A stretch of 64,000 nt of DNA from the NCBI RefSeq assembly GCF_006345805.1, contig NC_042997.1, positions 68,572,001 to 68,636,000 on the forward strand, written 5' to 3'. The DNA is from Octopus sinensis (taxonomy: Eukaryota). Positions 1-12,661 of the stretch are shown here, one piece after another (the first letter of the stretch is position 1; each line of letters opens with the position of its first letter). Position numbers and translations under genes: made by a program. Under the pieces are notes generated by a model. It ran no database searches. It was not told the origin of the DNA and worked only from the letters and a program-made list of their open reading frames with translations.

Positions 1-650
1 AATTTAAAATAGGAGAGAATAGGAAGAGGTTGTGATATAGAGAGACAGGAACGAGAAAGAGTGTGAAAGAGAAATAGTGTAAAAAGTTAATCAGAACGGA
101 AGTGACTGTAGAAGGTAAAAGAATGAGGAAAATCTGGGATACATACGTAGATTCATACATAACACACCACATATAAACACATACATAGATATACACACGT
201 GCGCACACATTCAAGCGCGCACGCAGGCACACCACACACACACACACACACACACACCACACACACACACACGCACGCACGCACACGCACATACATATAA
301 GAGAGACAGAGACAGAATATTAATATTGATATACCGCGATTGCAAATAAACACAAAGAGCGAAGATGGATGGGATTGAGACAAGAGGATGCAAAGGAGTA
401 AGAGCACACAAATAGGACGATTAGAGTAGTCTGTAATAGAAAGGAAACTTAAATGAAATACATAGAGAGAGAGAATGGAGGGGAAACAGAGAGAGTGAGA
501 GAGAAATAGAAAGAGATGGGGAGAGAGAGAATGAGTGAGATAGAGATAGGGTAAGAAGAAGACATAAAGAGAGGAGAGAGTTGCATAGTGGAAGAAGTAA
601 TATGTGAGGCAAAGTAGTAAAATGAAGTACAGGGACGCTGATTGAATATT

Positions 651-1052
651 CTTTTCTTTTCTACTCTAGGCAAAAGGCCCGAAATTTTTGGGGAAGGGAC
701 CCAATCGATTAAGTCGACCCTAGTATGCAACTGGTACTTAATATATTGACCCCGAAAGGATGAAAGGTAAAATCGACCTCGGCGGAATGTTAACTCAGAA
801 CATAAAGACACACGAAGTACCTATTTCTTTATTGCACACAAGGGGCTAAACATAGAAGGGACAAACAAGTACAGACAAACAGATTAAGTCGATTACATCG
901 ACCCCAGTGCGTCACTGGTACTTAATTTATCGACCCCGAAAGGATGAAAGGTAAAGTCGACCTCGGCGGAATTTGAATTCAGATCGCAGCGGCGGACGAT
1001 ATACCACAAAGCATTTCGCCCGGCGTGCTAACGATTTTGCCAGCTCGACGTC
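651..1052 (-). mobile_element. tRNA-derived SINE, dimeric form (octopus-type family A), copy 1
   Basis: Minus strand has a family A head (here GACGTCGAGCTGGCAAAATCGTTAGCACGCCGGG) and two copies of the core CCGCCGAGGTCGA..TTACCTTTCATCCTTTCGGGGTC..TA.ATTAAGTACCAG, ending in an AGAAAAGAA tail. More than 15 related copies occur in the window. Confidence 0.85.
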
Positions 1053-1070
1053 TTACAGTGATAGAATATT

Positions 1071-1470
1071 TTTTTCTTTTCTACTCTAGGCACAATGCCC
1101 GAAAGTTTTGGGGAGGGGCCAGTCGATTAGATTGACCCCAGTACGCAACTGGTGCTTAATTTATCGACCCCGAAAGGATGAAAAGCAAAGTCGACCTCGG
1201 CGGAATTTTAACTTAGAACGTAGCGGCAGACGAAATACCTATTTCTTTACTACCCACAAGGAGCTAAACACAGAGGAGACAAACAATGACAGACAGACGG
1301 ATTAAGTCGATTATATCGACTCCAGTGCGTAACTGGTACTTATTTAATCGACCCCGAAAGGATGAAAGGCAAAGTCGACCTCGTCGGAATTTGAACTCAG
1401 AACGTAATAGCAGACGAAATACGGCTACGCATTTTGCCCGGCGTGCTAACGTTTCTGCCAGCTCGCCGCC
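1071..1470 (-). mobile_element. tRNA-derived SINE, dimeric form (family A), copy 2, with 18 bp flanking direct repeat
   Basis: Same dimeric structure as 651-1052. Flanked by the direct repeat TTACAGTGATAGAATATT at 1053-1070 and 1471-1488. Confidence 0.88.
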
Positions 1471-3329
1471 TTACAGTGATAGAATATTGAGAAATATAGG
1501 ATATAGACGATGGAGAAAAGACGGTGAAAAGTTAGGAATCTTTTCCTTCCTGTGATGTCACACAATGACATTGGGTAGGGCGGTTGACGAAAGTTGGGAC
1601 AGTGGCAAAGACGGCAGCTCACTGAGAAGCCTGCCAGTTTAGTAACCCAAAGCGAGTTATTTAGAGTAATAGTCTTATTAGTAGTCGTCGTCGTCATAGT
1701 TGTAGTAGTAGTAAGGTGATTTTAGTTTTACTGCATTTTATCGTCCCCTCTCCTGCTTCCATATTTTCCCACCACCCACTCCATTTCACTTGCACCTCCT
1801 CCACCGACCTCTCAATCATTTCACTGCTGTCTCCCCTCCTCTCCCTCGCCGCGAGTGCAGATTTCTGAAAGTGTCTTCCTTTCTACAGTATTTGTAGGCG
1901 CATTAAACCTCTGAACTACTAAGCACTATTCACTGTTTCTTCTCTCCTATCGTCTCCCCCACACTAGTTATTTTTTTAACTTCACCTGCCAACCCCCAAC
2001 GGTATTATCCAATTGCACCTTACCTTAAGCAACATATCTCTAGCTGCCACAGCATCCCACATAAGCACACTACCTGTTTCACTATACTCTAGTCTCGTTG
2101 CCTTCTGCGTCTACAATGCTTTCACTGTACCTCTCCACCTTCCACATCTACAAGTAACAAAAATAAACATAAAGCAATAATCAAACTCCTTTAGTTTGAC
2201 TTCTAAATTCTTTCACTAATACAGTTCTTTTTCCTTTCGCTTTCATCTTCATTTTCCTACAGTGCTGCCTTATCCTCACTCAAATGATGTATTAAATATA
2301 GATTAGAGGAAAGTAAACGACCAGTATAGCTATTAGCTGCTGATGTATTGATCCAATATGTACTCAAAGAAGTAAAAAAAAAAAAATAATAGGCAAAAGA
2401 TGCAACAGATCAGCATCTCTTACATCCATGGGATCAGGGTGACACGCGCGTGCTAGATGTGTTTGATATGATATATTAGCATATGTCTTAGTCGAAGTAG
2501 TTCATGTTGAATCTACGCTGAAGTGTGGTAATACTGTAGATTAGTGCCAGAAGCTAAGGGAGCACTTGTTTCTAAAAAACAAGTATTGCATTTTCTACAA
2601 GGATGAGCAATATTTATTGACAACAATAATTTGGAACTATGAGTGGAATCAATGATCAAATTTTATGAATTTAAAGAAACGAGAATGATTTCATTTCTGG
2701 ATCCATTTTTTAAACACGTATCATTCCTTGCAGCTATGCATTTTACACTTCATTAAGGATTGAAAATCTCTGAGTCGAGAAATCCAATTCAATATTTCAC
2801 GAATTAGATAAAATGTACACCTGAGCAATAGTTAAGCAGAGTGATCAACGTAGTTCCTATTCTTTCTTGAAGCCTACACTTTCGTTACAGTCATTTCCAA
2901 TGACATGGATGTCCCAGTAATCCATTTCTGTCTCATATAAATGCGAAATCTACTGACTGGTGGGAATTATATCGCTTTTAATTATCTTGAGCAGTAGATT
3001 AAAATAGATGGAAAGGCTACTGCATGAATTATGTGTTTTGTATTTCGATTGTTGATGATGATCATAATGATATAAATTAAATTAGCTCGAAATTCCATTT
3101 TTTTTATAGGTAAGAACATTTAGGAAGAACATTCCCGCCTTGAGAGACTAGATCGTTAATTGAGCTTACTCCACGTTATAATCCGATGTTATTCAAGATT
3201 TTCATGCCAGTATGTTTTTTGTGATTGATAGGCTCTAATGTTTCGCGAGAAGAGTGGACATTTGTATGGTTCATCATTTTCATTAGACACTCTAGCGTAG
3301 TCTTTCAATACTATATATTGCTGTGTGAA

Positions 3330-3703
3330 GGCGCAATGGCCCAGTGGTTAGGGCAGCGGACTCGCGGTCGTAGGATCGCGGTTTCGATTCCCAGACGGGC
3401 GTTGTCAGTGTTTATTGAGCGAAAACATCTATATCTACACGAGGCTCCAGCAGGAGGTGGTGGCGAACCCCCCTGTACTCTTTCACCTCACCTTTCTCTC
3501 ACTCTTTCTCCCTGCTTCTGTTGTACCTGCATTTTAAAGGTCCAGACTTGTCACACGCTGTGTCATGCTGAATTTCTCCAAGAGCTACGTTAAGGGTACA
3601 CGTGTCTGTGGAGTGCTCAGTCAGTTGCACGTTAATTTCACGAGTGGGCTGTTACGTTGATCGGATCAACTGGAACCCTCGTCGTCGTAACCGACTGAGT
3701 TCC
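3330..3703 (+). mobile_element. tRNA-derived SINE (family C)
   Basis: A-box-like TGGCCCAGTGG and B-box-like GTTTCGATTCC in a tRNA-like head, followed by a ~300 bp non-tRNA body. A related head lies at 36003-36265 on the minus strand. Confidence 0.75.
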
Positions 3704-4844
3704 ATGTTAATACAGTGCCGCACAGAACAATGGACTAGCCCCGAAGCTATGTTATATGGCTACATTGTAACGTCTTATTTTGTAGCATGCTAGATCAGAA
3801 GTAGTTGTTAGTCCCTCATCCAACGCCCCTACATTCATTTCAGACACTGTGAGTGGCTTTCCGCTTCTATACTGTGCAGCGTAATCAGTTGTAAGAAAGT
3901 GAAGAATTGAACCTAATACCTGACTAGTAACGTGTTATGGATTCGGAAGGATGAAAAATAATGTTCATGTCAGTGGAGTTTGACATCAGAACGCAAACTG
4001 CTGGAACAATTACTACACAGCATGTGTCTGCTAATCGATCACCAATTATCATAAATCAACTGAGTCGAAATATTTCTCTTGAGAAAAAGTCGCAACAGTG
4101 GTTTAAGCTCCTCGCTTAATTCCCTGTATTTTACAGACGGAAGGATCTAATCCTTATATAAATGCGAAGAAAATGAAAGAAATGCATATTTAATCCTATG
4201 AAATCAATTGTCGACGATCGTCAGCAGCTTCCTTGAATTCTAGATTTTTACCTTGACATATTTGATTGTAGTGGACTTCAAACTTTAGTGTCTAAACAAA
4301 CACGTCCCTCTTGTTTTCACTTCTTTATTCCACTCTTCCCTGTTTATTTTTTTTTCATTTGTTACTCATACTTGTATGTGTATGGACAATGTCGGAAAGG
4401 TCTGTTAAGCAAAAAACATTAAACCTTGTTTTTAAACAATTTATTTCCTCTTGCATAATATTATTATGACAACAATATTTTTCAATTCATTTAATAAACA
4501 ATCAGGAAGTCTATTAAGAATTAATTTCGCCAGTGAATACAGACTTTATGTAAAGAAAACAATTTCCTTATTCAAACATGTCATTCTAGTCATGAGAAAA
4601 TTGGCCGTCGAATTTCTCACACTTTGGATATTATTTAGGTGTCAAATTTGAAAGACATTTTATGGACGGATATAAAGTGCATACATGAAAGAAAGAAAGA
4701 GAAGTGCAAAACACCATTACCGTCATGAACATCATCATTCTAGTCAGTATTAGCTTTGGCCTGGATGAAAGGCGTTTCCATTAGGGAGTTTGCAGCATAA
4801 GTAAATATATTAAGGCATGATATGTTAATATATTCTAGCATAAT

Positions 4845-5050
4845 AAGACGGTAGAGTTGTTAGCATATCGGACAAAATGCTTAGCAGCATTTCGTCCGTC
4901 TTTACGCTTTGAGTTCAGATTCTGCTGAGGTCCACTTTGCAGTTAATCCCTTTTGGATTCGATAAAATAAGTACAGTTGAACACTTAGGTCGATGTAATT
5001 GACATAGCTCCTCCCACGAATTTGCTGACCTTGTGCTCAAATTTGAAACT
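4845..5050 (+). mobile_element. diverged family A SINE
   Basis: CGGACAAAATGCTTAGCAGCATTTCGTCCGTCTTTACG..GAGTTCAGATTCTGCTGAGGTCCACTTTGC matches the family A head and core. Confidence 0.75.
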
Positions 5051-5269
5051 AATATATTCTAACATAATGCTACAAACGTTAAGGAAATACCAAAGTCGAT
5101 GAAATCGTTTTACAATCCAAACAAGCGTTCATTTTCTCGAGTATACATTGTTAAAAATTAGTCAGTGACGACAAGTCCTGAACTCAAATTGTTAAAAAAT
5201 ACAACAAAAATCCTGCAATGTACTTTGTCTTGCTTTCTTTGTTTCTGCCATGCACCTCCTCACAATAAT

Positions 5270-6250
5270 TTCTAATATAGGTACAGGACTAGAAATATTG
5301 AAGGAGTCGATCAAGGTATGATATCGACCATTGATTTACAGGTACTTTATTTTAGTGAGGTCTTAGTTGTGGCAGATAAAGACACACGGATATTTAAATT
5401 CAAAACATAAAAGATACTTGATTTAAGGCGCAATAAACTATCCTTATAATTCTTTGTCCAGAGGGAATTCTATCCTTATTTCTTCGTTAATAACTAAATA
5501 ATAGCTTGTGACATCAATGAAAAGTCACACATTGAGGGAAGATGGAGTTAAGAAATACGATTCCAGTATAATACTAAAATATGTAATGCGCTCGGATTTG
5601 AACTGTGAACTATGGAAAAAGTTAATATATTTCAAATGATATTTTCTGGATTCTTCAGATTTTATCAGCGATTCTTTTTAATATGTCGACCAGAGTTGGT
5701 ACTTTATTGTATCGACCATGAAAGAATGAAAGAAAAAGGTGGCCTCTGTCGGATTATGAACTCAGAATGTAGAATGCCAGAAGAAATATCACCAGACATT
5801 TTGTCCGACGTGGTAACGATTCAGCCAGCTTGCCGCTTTCACAGTAATTCTTCTAACTTTGTCAAAAAACTAAAGATTTTAGAGAGCGGTAACTGGACGA
5901 TTGCGTAGACCACAGTACTTGGCTGGTACTTTATTTTATCGACTCCGAAAGGAAACCAGGTGAAGTTGAATTCAGCAAGATTCGATCTCAAAACATAAAG
6001 AGGTAAAAGAAATGTCTCTAACTGTACTATCAGTTTACCGCCCTTGTAGTAAGAATGATTTGTGTTATATATATACAACTAATTTATGAAGACACTATAA
6101 TCAGTTATATTGATCCCAATTCTTGATAAACTATTTCTTTTATTGGTTCCCGGAGGTTTGAAAGACAAAGCTGACATCGTCGTGATTTGAACTCAGAACG
6201 GATTAGACACAACAGTGTTCCGTTCACTATTAAAACGATTCTGCCAATTC
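5270..6250 (-). mobile_element. cluster of about four degraded family A SINE fragments
   Basis: Recurring GGTACTTTATT..ATCGAC..GAAAG..TGAA..AACTCAGAA motifs near 5340, 5700, 5925 and 6170. Confidence 0.6.
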
Positions 6251-6532
6251 ACATCACGCATCTATAATAAAAGTAATAACAATAACAAAAGAAATATTTG
6301 CATTTGTATTGAAATAGATGTAAAATCTCAGTTGTAAGGGTAGTTGAAAGACAGGGCATTATAGATGAGAATTCAAATCGGCTTATTTACGTCAATTTAT
6401 GTTTGGTTATTAATTTCGCTGGAGAAATCATACAAAGGAAATAATAATCTGAGGTCTTGGTATCCTATTCACATCAGTTATACAGATTATATATACTCTA
6501 CATATACATATTTTCGATATGAAATACAAGGG

Positions 6533-6634
6533 TGTTTGTGTGTGTGTGCGTGTGTGCGTGTGACTATGTATGTGTGCATGTATGTATGTATGTGTATATA
6601 TACATATATATATGCGCATACACAGGTATATATG

Positions 6635-6666
<32 letters not shown>

Positions 6667-7025
6667 TATAGATACGTATATATATATATATTATATATAT
6701 ATATATATATACATATATATGCGCACATACGTATATATATGCATATATGTATGTATGTCAAACATGGTCTACCGATTTATACAGATTCAGTTTTGCATAA
6801 ATATTCTTCTTTTTTTACCTAATAGTATAAAGTCCATTCTTTCGTTCATTTGCAATATTATGCCAATATGATACACCTATTTTTTAGATGTACATAAAAT
6901 ACACACGCGTTCATTTACCCGCGCACGTGTGTTTCTATTTCTATATATGCATAAACGTATGTATGTATGTATGTATCTATTTATCTCCCTATCCATTATA
7001 CATACATATATACATACATAAATAC

Positions 7026-7063
<38 letters not shown>

Positions 7064-7140
7064 CATACATATATATATATACATACGTATACATACATAC
7101 ATAAATATACACACATACATATATATATACACATATATAT
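6533..7140. repeat. compound (TG)n/(TA)n/(TACA)n microsatellites
   Basis: Seen directly; they account for the YI/CV-rich pseudo-ORFs. Confidence 0.95.
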
Positions 7141-7391
7141 CAATCACAAGAGCACACAAATGCGCCTGACTGCTAGAAATAAGACTTAGGTAACACTGAA
7201 AAGGACAACAGAAAATCAACAGTGGAGTACCTATATAGCCTATAGTTAAGTGGAAGATTTTTTTAGCCCCTTCGCCCGACTACTGTTGATTTTCTGTCGT
7301 AATTTTCAGTGTTACTATTGGTGGTTTAAATAAGATTTTTAACTCTTATTACTAGCAAGCAGGCGCATTTGTGTGTCCTTGTGATTGATAT
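7137..7391. repeat. foldback (nested inverted repeat) adjacent to (TA)n
   Basis: Outer arms ATATCAATCACAAGAGCACACAAATGCGCCTG..(7137-7184) and ..CAGGCGCATTTGTGTGTCCTTGTGATTGATAT (7344-7391). Inner arms 7190-7224 and 7280-7315. Confidence 0.85.
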
Positions 7392-7547
7392 AAATTGTAA
7401 TTCTATAGCTATTTAATTCTATATGCTATTTAAGGCCTGCAACTACTTATATTATTGTTGTTGTTATTATCAACTATTTATATTACTCTGGATAAGAATA
7501 ACAATAATAATATCTATATAAATATTCATTCCTGAATATTTGCTCCT

Positions 7548-7622
<75 letters not shown>

Positions 7623-8741
7623 ATTTAATATATATATATATACATACATACATACATACATACATACATAGGTAATTATTATGTTTCTATTTTTATTCTT
7701 GAAACCAAATATATGATCTCATAAATATCTTTAAATACCATTTACCATTTATTATAAACATTTGCTCAATGAAGGTTTAATGTCTGATTATAGAGAAAAG
7801 AAAGACAAAACTATATAGAAAAAGAATGATATTCCTAAACGTCAGTTGTCTATCACGATGTGTCATCTATCAGATATGAAAGGTTTGTTTGTTCATCTGT
7901 GCATCGGAATAGTTATAAATATGCATATACATTCAGAAACTTATACACACGCGAAACAAACGCACTCACATACATTAGACTGTCACTCCCGTGCCAAGGC
8001 ATTACAATTTCCTCTAATTGCGATATTGTATCACAGAAAGTACACAGTGACTTAGCAGGAAGTTGATGTTATGATTTATGTCTGCATAGGTTAAAAAAAC
8101 ACGAAAATGGTCGGTAAATATAGCGCATAAAGAAAAAAATATGGTATACTTTGCACTAATTAGCTTGCAGGACGTCTAGGTATTTTGATGATTACTCACT
8201 TCACAGTCATTGTTGTATAAAGGTTGTTACATGTTTGACTACAAAATATAGAAGAGCTTTTGATATCTCGAGTGAATGGGATGTGAAGCGACCAGGAACG
8301 GACAAAGGAACGGAGTGGTCTCTCTGTATATCATCAAGAAATAATAACTGTCCTCGAAAGTTAGCGAGACATGTTATAGTGCTCTACTGGGGAATATAAC
8401 TCCCTAAATTTCAATATATTTCAAGAAGATTGGGTAGACATACAAGCTCACACGTACACATATATGTTTATATCTGGAATCACATAAATATGTGCAAGAC
8501 CGATAAAAGTGAGTAATCCATACCAAAAGTTAACTTATTCAATATATTGGAAGCTGAAGTTTAGAAAATTGTTACTTTTGAGTCACTTCCAATATTAAGG
8601 ACATCCTGAAAAATTATATAGCGATTGGAAGATATTCAACAACAAACTTATATATATGTGTGTGTGTATGGAGACATTTCTGCGAACAGTTAGTCTAAGC
8701 AAAATGTATTGCGGTACAAACATATTAGAAGACTTCTATCA

Positions 8742-8974
8742 TTTATCTTTTCTTTGTTCTAGTCTTCAGACTGCAGCCTTGCAGAATTTTAGTTGAACAA
8801 ATCATCCGAGTACTTATTAGAGTACTTATTATTTTTGAGTTTGTTTCTCTTTGCCGAACCGATAAGTTGTGAGGGTGTAAACAAACCAATATGGTTGTTC
8901 AGCATGGTTGTTAAGCGGTGGTAACAAACTCACACACGTACGCACGCGCATATCACTCACACACACACACACTC

Positions 8975-9032
<58 letters not shown>

Positions 9033-9187
9033 GACGGATTTCATTTAGTTTCCGTCTACCGAATAAATTCAAAAGGATATGGGTGGCCGAGGCTGTAGTA
9101 GAAGACACTTGTCCAAGGTGGCACGCAGTGGGACTGAGTACGGAACCATGTGGATAGTAGGCACACTTCTAACCACATAGCCACGCC
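8742..9187 (-). mobile_element. CORE-like tRNA SINE with internal microsatellite (family B)
   Basis: Minus-strand head GGCGTGGCTATGTGGTTAGAAGTG..CAGTCCCACTGCGTGCCACCTTGGACAAGTGTCTTCTAC, then an internal (TA)n/(TG)n tract, then a tail matching 18325-18478 and 63675-63820. Confidence 0.75.
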
Positions 9188-9664
9188 TAGATATAACATC
9201 CACCAATTAATTTGCATTATTGTTTCTGGTCTCAACATTTGAGCAAGTTTTTGGGACTAAACTGAAAATAAAATAATTACCATCGATACTGAAGCCCAGT
9301 CATCATGGTATCAATTGGAATCCTTCACAGAATTAGTGATATTAATTGGCACATACTCATAAAAAGAGGCAAAAAGATATAAACTAAGATATTTAATATC
9401 TGTCTACACGCTCTGAGATCTCTAATATTACTTAGACAGAGCAAGACTAAATACATCCACTGAGCGCTCAAATGTAAAGAAACAGACATTTCCTCAACCT
9501 GGTGTGAGCTCTTTCAGAAGAACACAGTCTCTGAAGATGTCGATGCGATATCAGAACTGCAGGGCGGGCCGTCTTCAGTAAACACATGAAAGAGAAATTA
9601 TTAGATTACTGACGGTTGTTTATGACTAACTCCTCGCAGCTTGAATATCATGTGAATATGTGTC

Positions 9665-9873
9665 AAATTTTTTTGGCACAAAACCAGCAAATTTGGTGGA
9701 GGAGTAAGTCGATTATATCGACCCTAATGTCCAAATGGCACTTATTTTATCGATCCCAAAAGGATGAAAGGCAAAGTCGGCCTTGGTGAAATTTGAACTT
9801 TGAACGAAAAGACGGACGACATACCGCTAAGCATTCTGCCCCGTGTGCAAACAATTCTGCAAGTTCGTCGGCT
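9665..9873 (-). mobile_element. family A SINE monomer
   Basis: Core AGGATGAAAGGCAAAGTCGGCCTTGGTGAAATTTGAAC plus a tRNA-like head. Confidence 0.8.
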
Positions 9874-10728
9874 TAAATATGATGAAAATATCGAAAGGAA
9901 TTTTAGCCTTGGACTTGTGACTATAACACCACTTTACATTTCGAGGGGTATGAATATAGAATCAAGAGTATAACAGCTACAGGATACCTGAGAAATAAAA
10001 TAGAACATGAAGGGGTAAAAATCATCTAAAATCAATCGAAAATATAAATTACGTTATTTTTCCGAAGAAAATGTTTCATGTATAAACAAAAGCTCTTCCA
10101 AAATATCATGAAGAAATCTATATGTCCTTCCAACATAAGGTTATTGTTTCCTTATTCGGATGATTTTGTGTCTCAATTAAGGTCTACCGTTTTTACTCTG
10201 TTTTGCTCTCTCTCACTCTCTTTCTCTGTCTCTGTCTGTCTGTCTGTCTGTCTCTCTCTTAGGCGTGTTTGAAATTGCATGAATAATCTACAAGCACACA
10301 CTCATAGATTTACATAAATACATAACCATCATACGCACAACCTATTGTTTACACGAAGTGCAATAAGAGAAAACATGGTAGAAGTAGGAAGCAATGCAAA
10401 AACTGAGTTTTAATACGATATCTATTATCCAAGACAACAACCGTTTATTTACTCTAAATTATTTCTTTCTTCCGTAGCAATTGTTTGAGAGTTTATAAAT
10501 TTTTCTATAATCCTAAACATTTGCATTGCAGTATAAGTTGAGGATCTTTGCTTTCCTGCATTCTTCTTTGTACACGTTTTTACATATTTATATTATTGCA
10601 TTTTTTCTTGCATATATTTATCACGCTCTCCCACGTTTTGTTTCAGTAGAGCATTTTTTAAAAACTTGGTTAAGAAGATGTTTCTTCGCTTTTATCAATA
10701 CGAAATTTGGCCTGAGTATAGCAAGATA

Positions 10729-11997
10729 CGAGGGACGTTCAATAAGTAATGCCCCTGACCCACTTGCAGTTGTTTGATCCAGCTGAAATTTTGCATGTGC
10801 AATTATTTATATCTCTATAGATTAAGTTCAGACAGCTCTGAACTAATAATTGTGGTTTCTGATTTACAGGTGTTTGAACTGAGTCAAGTGTGAAATGGAG
10901 CCTGTTGAGTGTCGAGCAGTGATCCATTTTTGTATTTGAAAGGACGCACACCACGGGAGACTTTTGATGAAATGAAAGTAACTTATGGTGATGATGCCCC
11001 ATCATATGACCTTGTAAAACGCTGGCATCGTGAATTCAAACATGGTCGGAACTCTGTGGAAACAGCTCCCAGATCTGGTCGCCCTCCTTCTGCCATTGAT
11101 GAGGCATCTGCCCGACAAGTTGAGGCTGCCATTTTGGAGGATCGACGCATAACTATTCGCGAAATAGCCCATGATGTCAAGATTAGTACTGGGTCTGTGG
11201 AAACTATCATTCATGACCATTTGCATATGCAAAAGGTGTCTGCCAGATGTATTCCTAGGTTGCTCACACCTTTCCAGAAGCAAGAACGCGTCGAGTGCTC
11301 GAAGATGAATTTGGAGATGTGCCAAGAAGATGAGTCAACATTATTCAAAAGACTGATTACACAGGATGAAACCTGGGTCCATCACTATGATCCAGAGACC
11401 AAAGCCTAATCAATGCAATAGAAGCACCGTGACTCACCTCCTCCAAAGAAGGCAAGGGTGCAGCCCTCAGCTGGCAAGGTCATGCTCACATTCTTCTGGG
11501 ACCATGACGGAGTAGTGATGACAGATTTCCTGGCAAGCCTATTATGCTTCACTTTTAAGGAAATTAAGAGAAGCTATCAAAATCAAGAGGCGGGGAAAGA
11601 TCAGCAAAGGCATCCTCCTCCTACAGGACAACGCTCCGGTCCACAACTCGCGTGTCGCCAGATCAGAAGCACAGGCATGTGGCTATGAACTCCTCCCCCA
11701 TCCCCCTACTCTCCTGACCTTGCACCCTCTGATTTTTACCTCTTCCCAGCCATGACGTTGTTTTTGAAAGGAAAGCGTTTCCCAGATGATGCAGCCTTGA
11801 TTTCTGAAGTCACGTCGTGGTTGGAGGACCAAGCTGGGGTCTTCGACAAAAACGGTCTCCAGAGCTGCATCAAACGATGGTAGAAATGCGTAACTCTGGG
11901 TGGTTCCTATGTAGAAAAAGACTAATAACTGTGCCAAGTGTCGTTGCTCTACTGCTATAGGAAGTGGGTAGGGGCATTACTTATTGAAGGCCCCTCG
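10729..11997 (+). mobile_element. near full-length mariner (DD34D) DNA transposon, irritans-like, defective
   Basis: TIRs CGAGGGACGTTCAATAAGTAATGCCCCT (left) and AGGGGCATTACTTATTGAAGGCCCCTCG (right) with TA on both flanks; about 1.27 kb. Confidence 0.95.
10895..11925 (+). pseudogene. mariner transposase pseudogene
   Basis: MEPVECRAVI..YLKG; HTH region RSGRP; KVSARCIPRLL (WVPHEL-like); TQDETWVHHYDPE; QDNAPVH; HPPYSPDLAPSDF. Interrupted by frameshifts and stops. Confidence 0.93.
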
Positions 11998-12523
11998 TAT
12001 TCGAGGTTTGGCACTTTTAACAATGCATTTTTATGCAATTGCTTAATTCTTTTATAACTTGACAATAAAAATCAAAACAAAACAAATGATCATAAAATTC
12101 ACAACAAAATTTGTTTTGCAGCAAACATTAGCAGACATCACTGATGCCGCGTTCTGAAATGTGCGGCGAGTCACACGAAAGCTAAATCCTTAAAGGAATA
12201 TAGATAATATACGAGCAGGATATAATTTATGAATATTCTGCATAGGATTTATAAGAAAAATAACTAAATGGACATCACCGCTCTTAAATTTATACAACAA
12301 AGTAGAAACACATGGAAGGATTTATTAATCCCATGATTTCTGTATTTTGGCTACTGCTTTTGTTTTTCACCAGATTTCAATTGGTAAGCTATGTTAATAT
12401 ATTTAATAGGTACATTTCGAAAACATGTGCGGGCTCGCACGCACGCACCAGAAAACCACACACACAAACGCACGCATACAAACACACAAATATATAGATA
12501 CACACACACACACAAACAAACGT

Positions 12524-12661
<138 letters not shown>

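Noticed and set aside
2820-3260. VTVISNDMDV motif reminiscent of XPG-like nucleases in DNA transposons
   Set aside because: Single weak motif with no supporting reading frame.
3330-3400. tRNA gene
   Set aside because: A/B boxes are present but I see no acceptor-stem pairing or oligo-T terminator, and the sequence continues into a SINE body.
9525-9570. CTGAAGA followed by a TGTCG/CGATA hairpin (hammerhead-like)
   Set aside because: GAAA, the cleavage triplet and stem I are missing.
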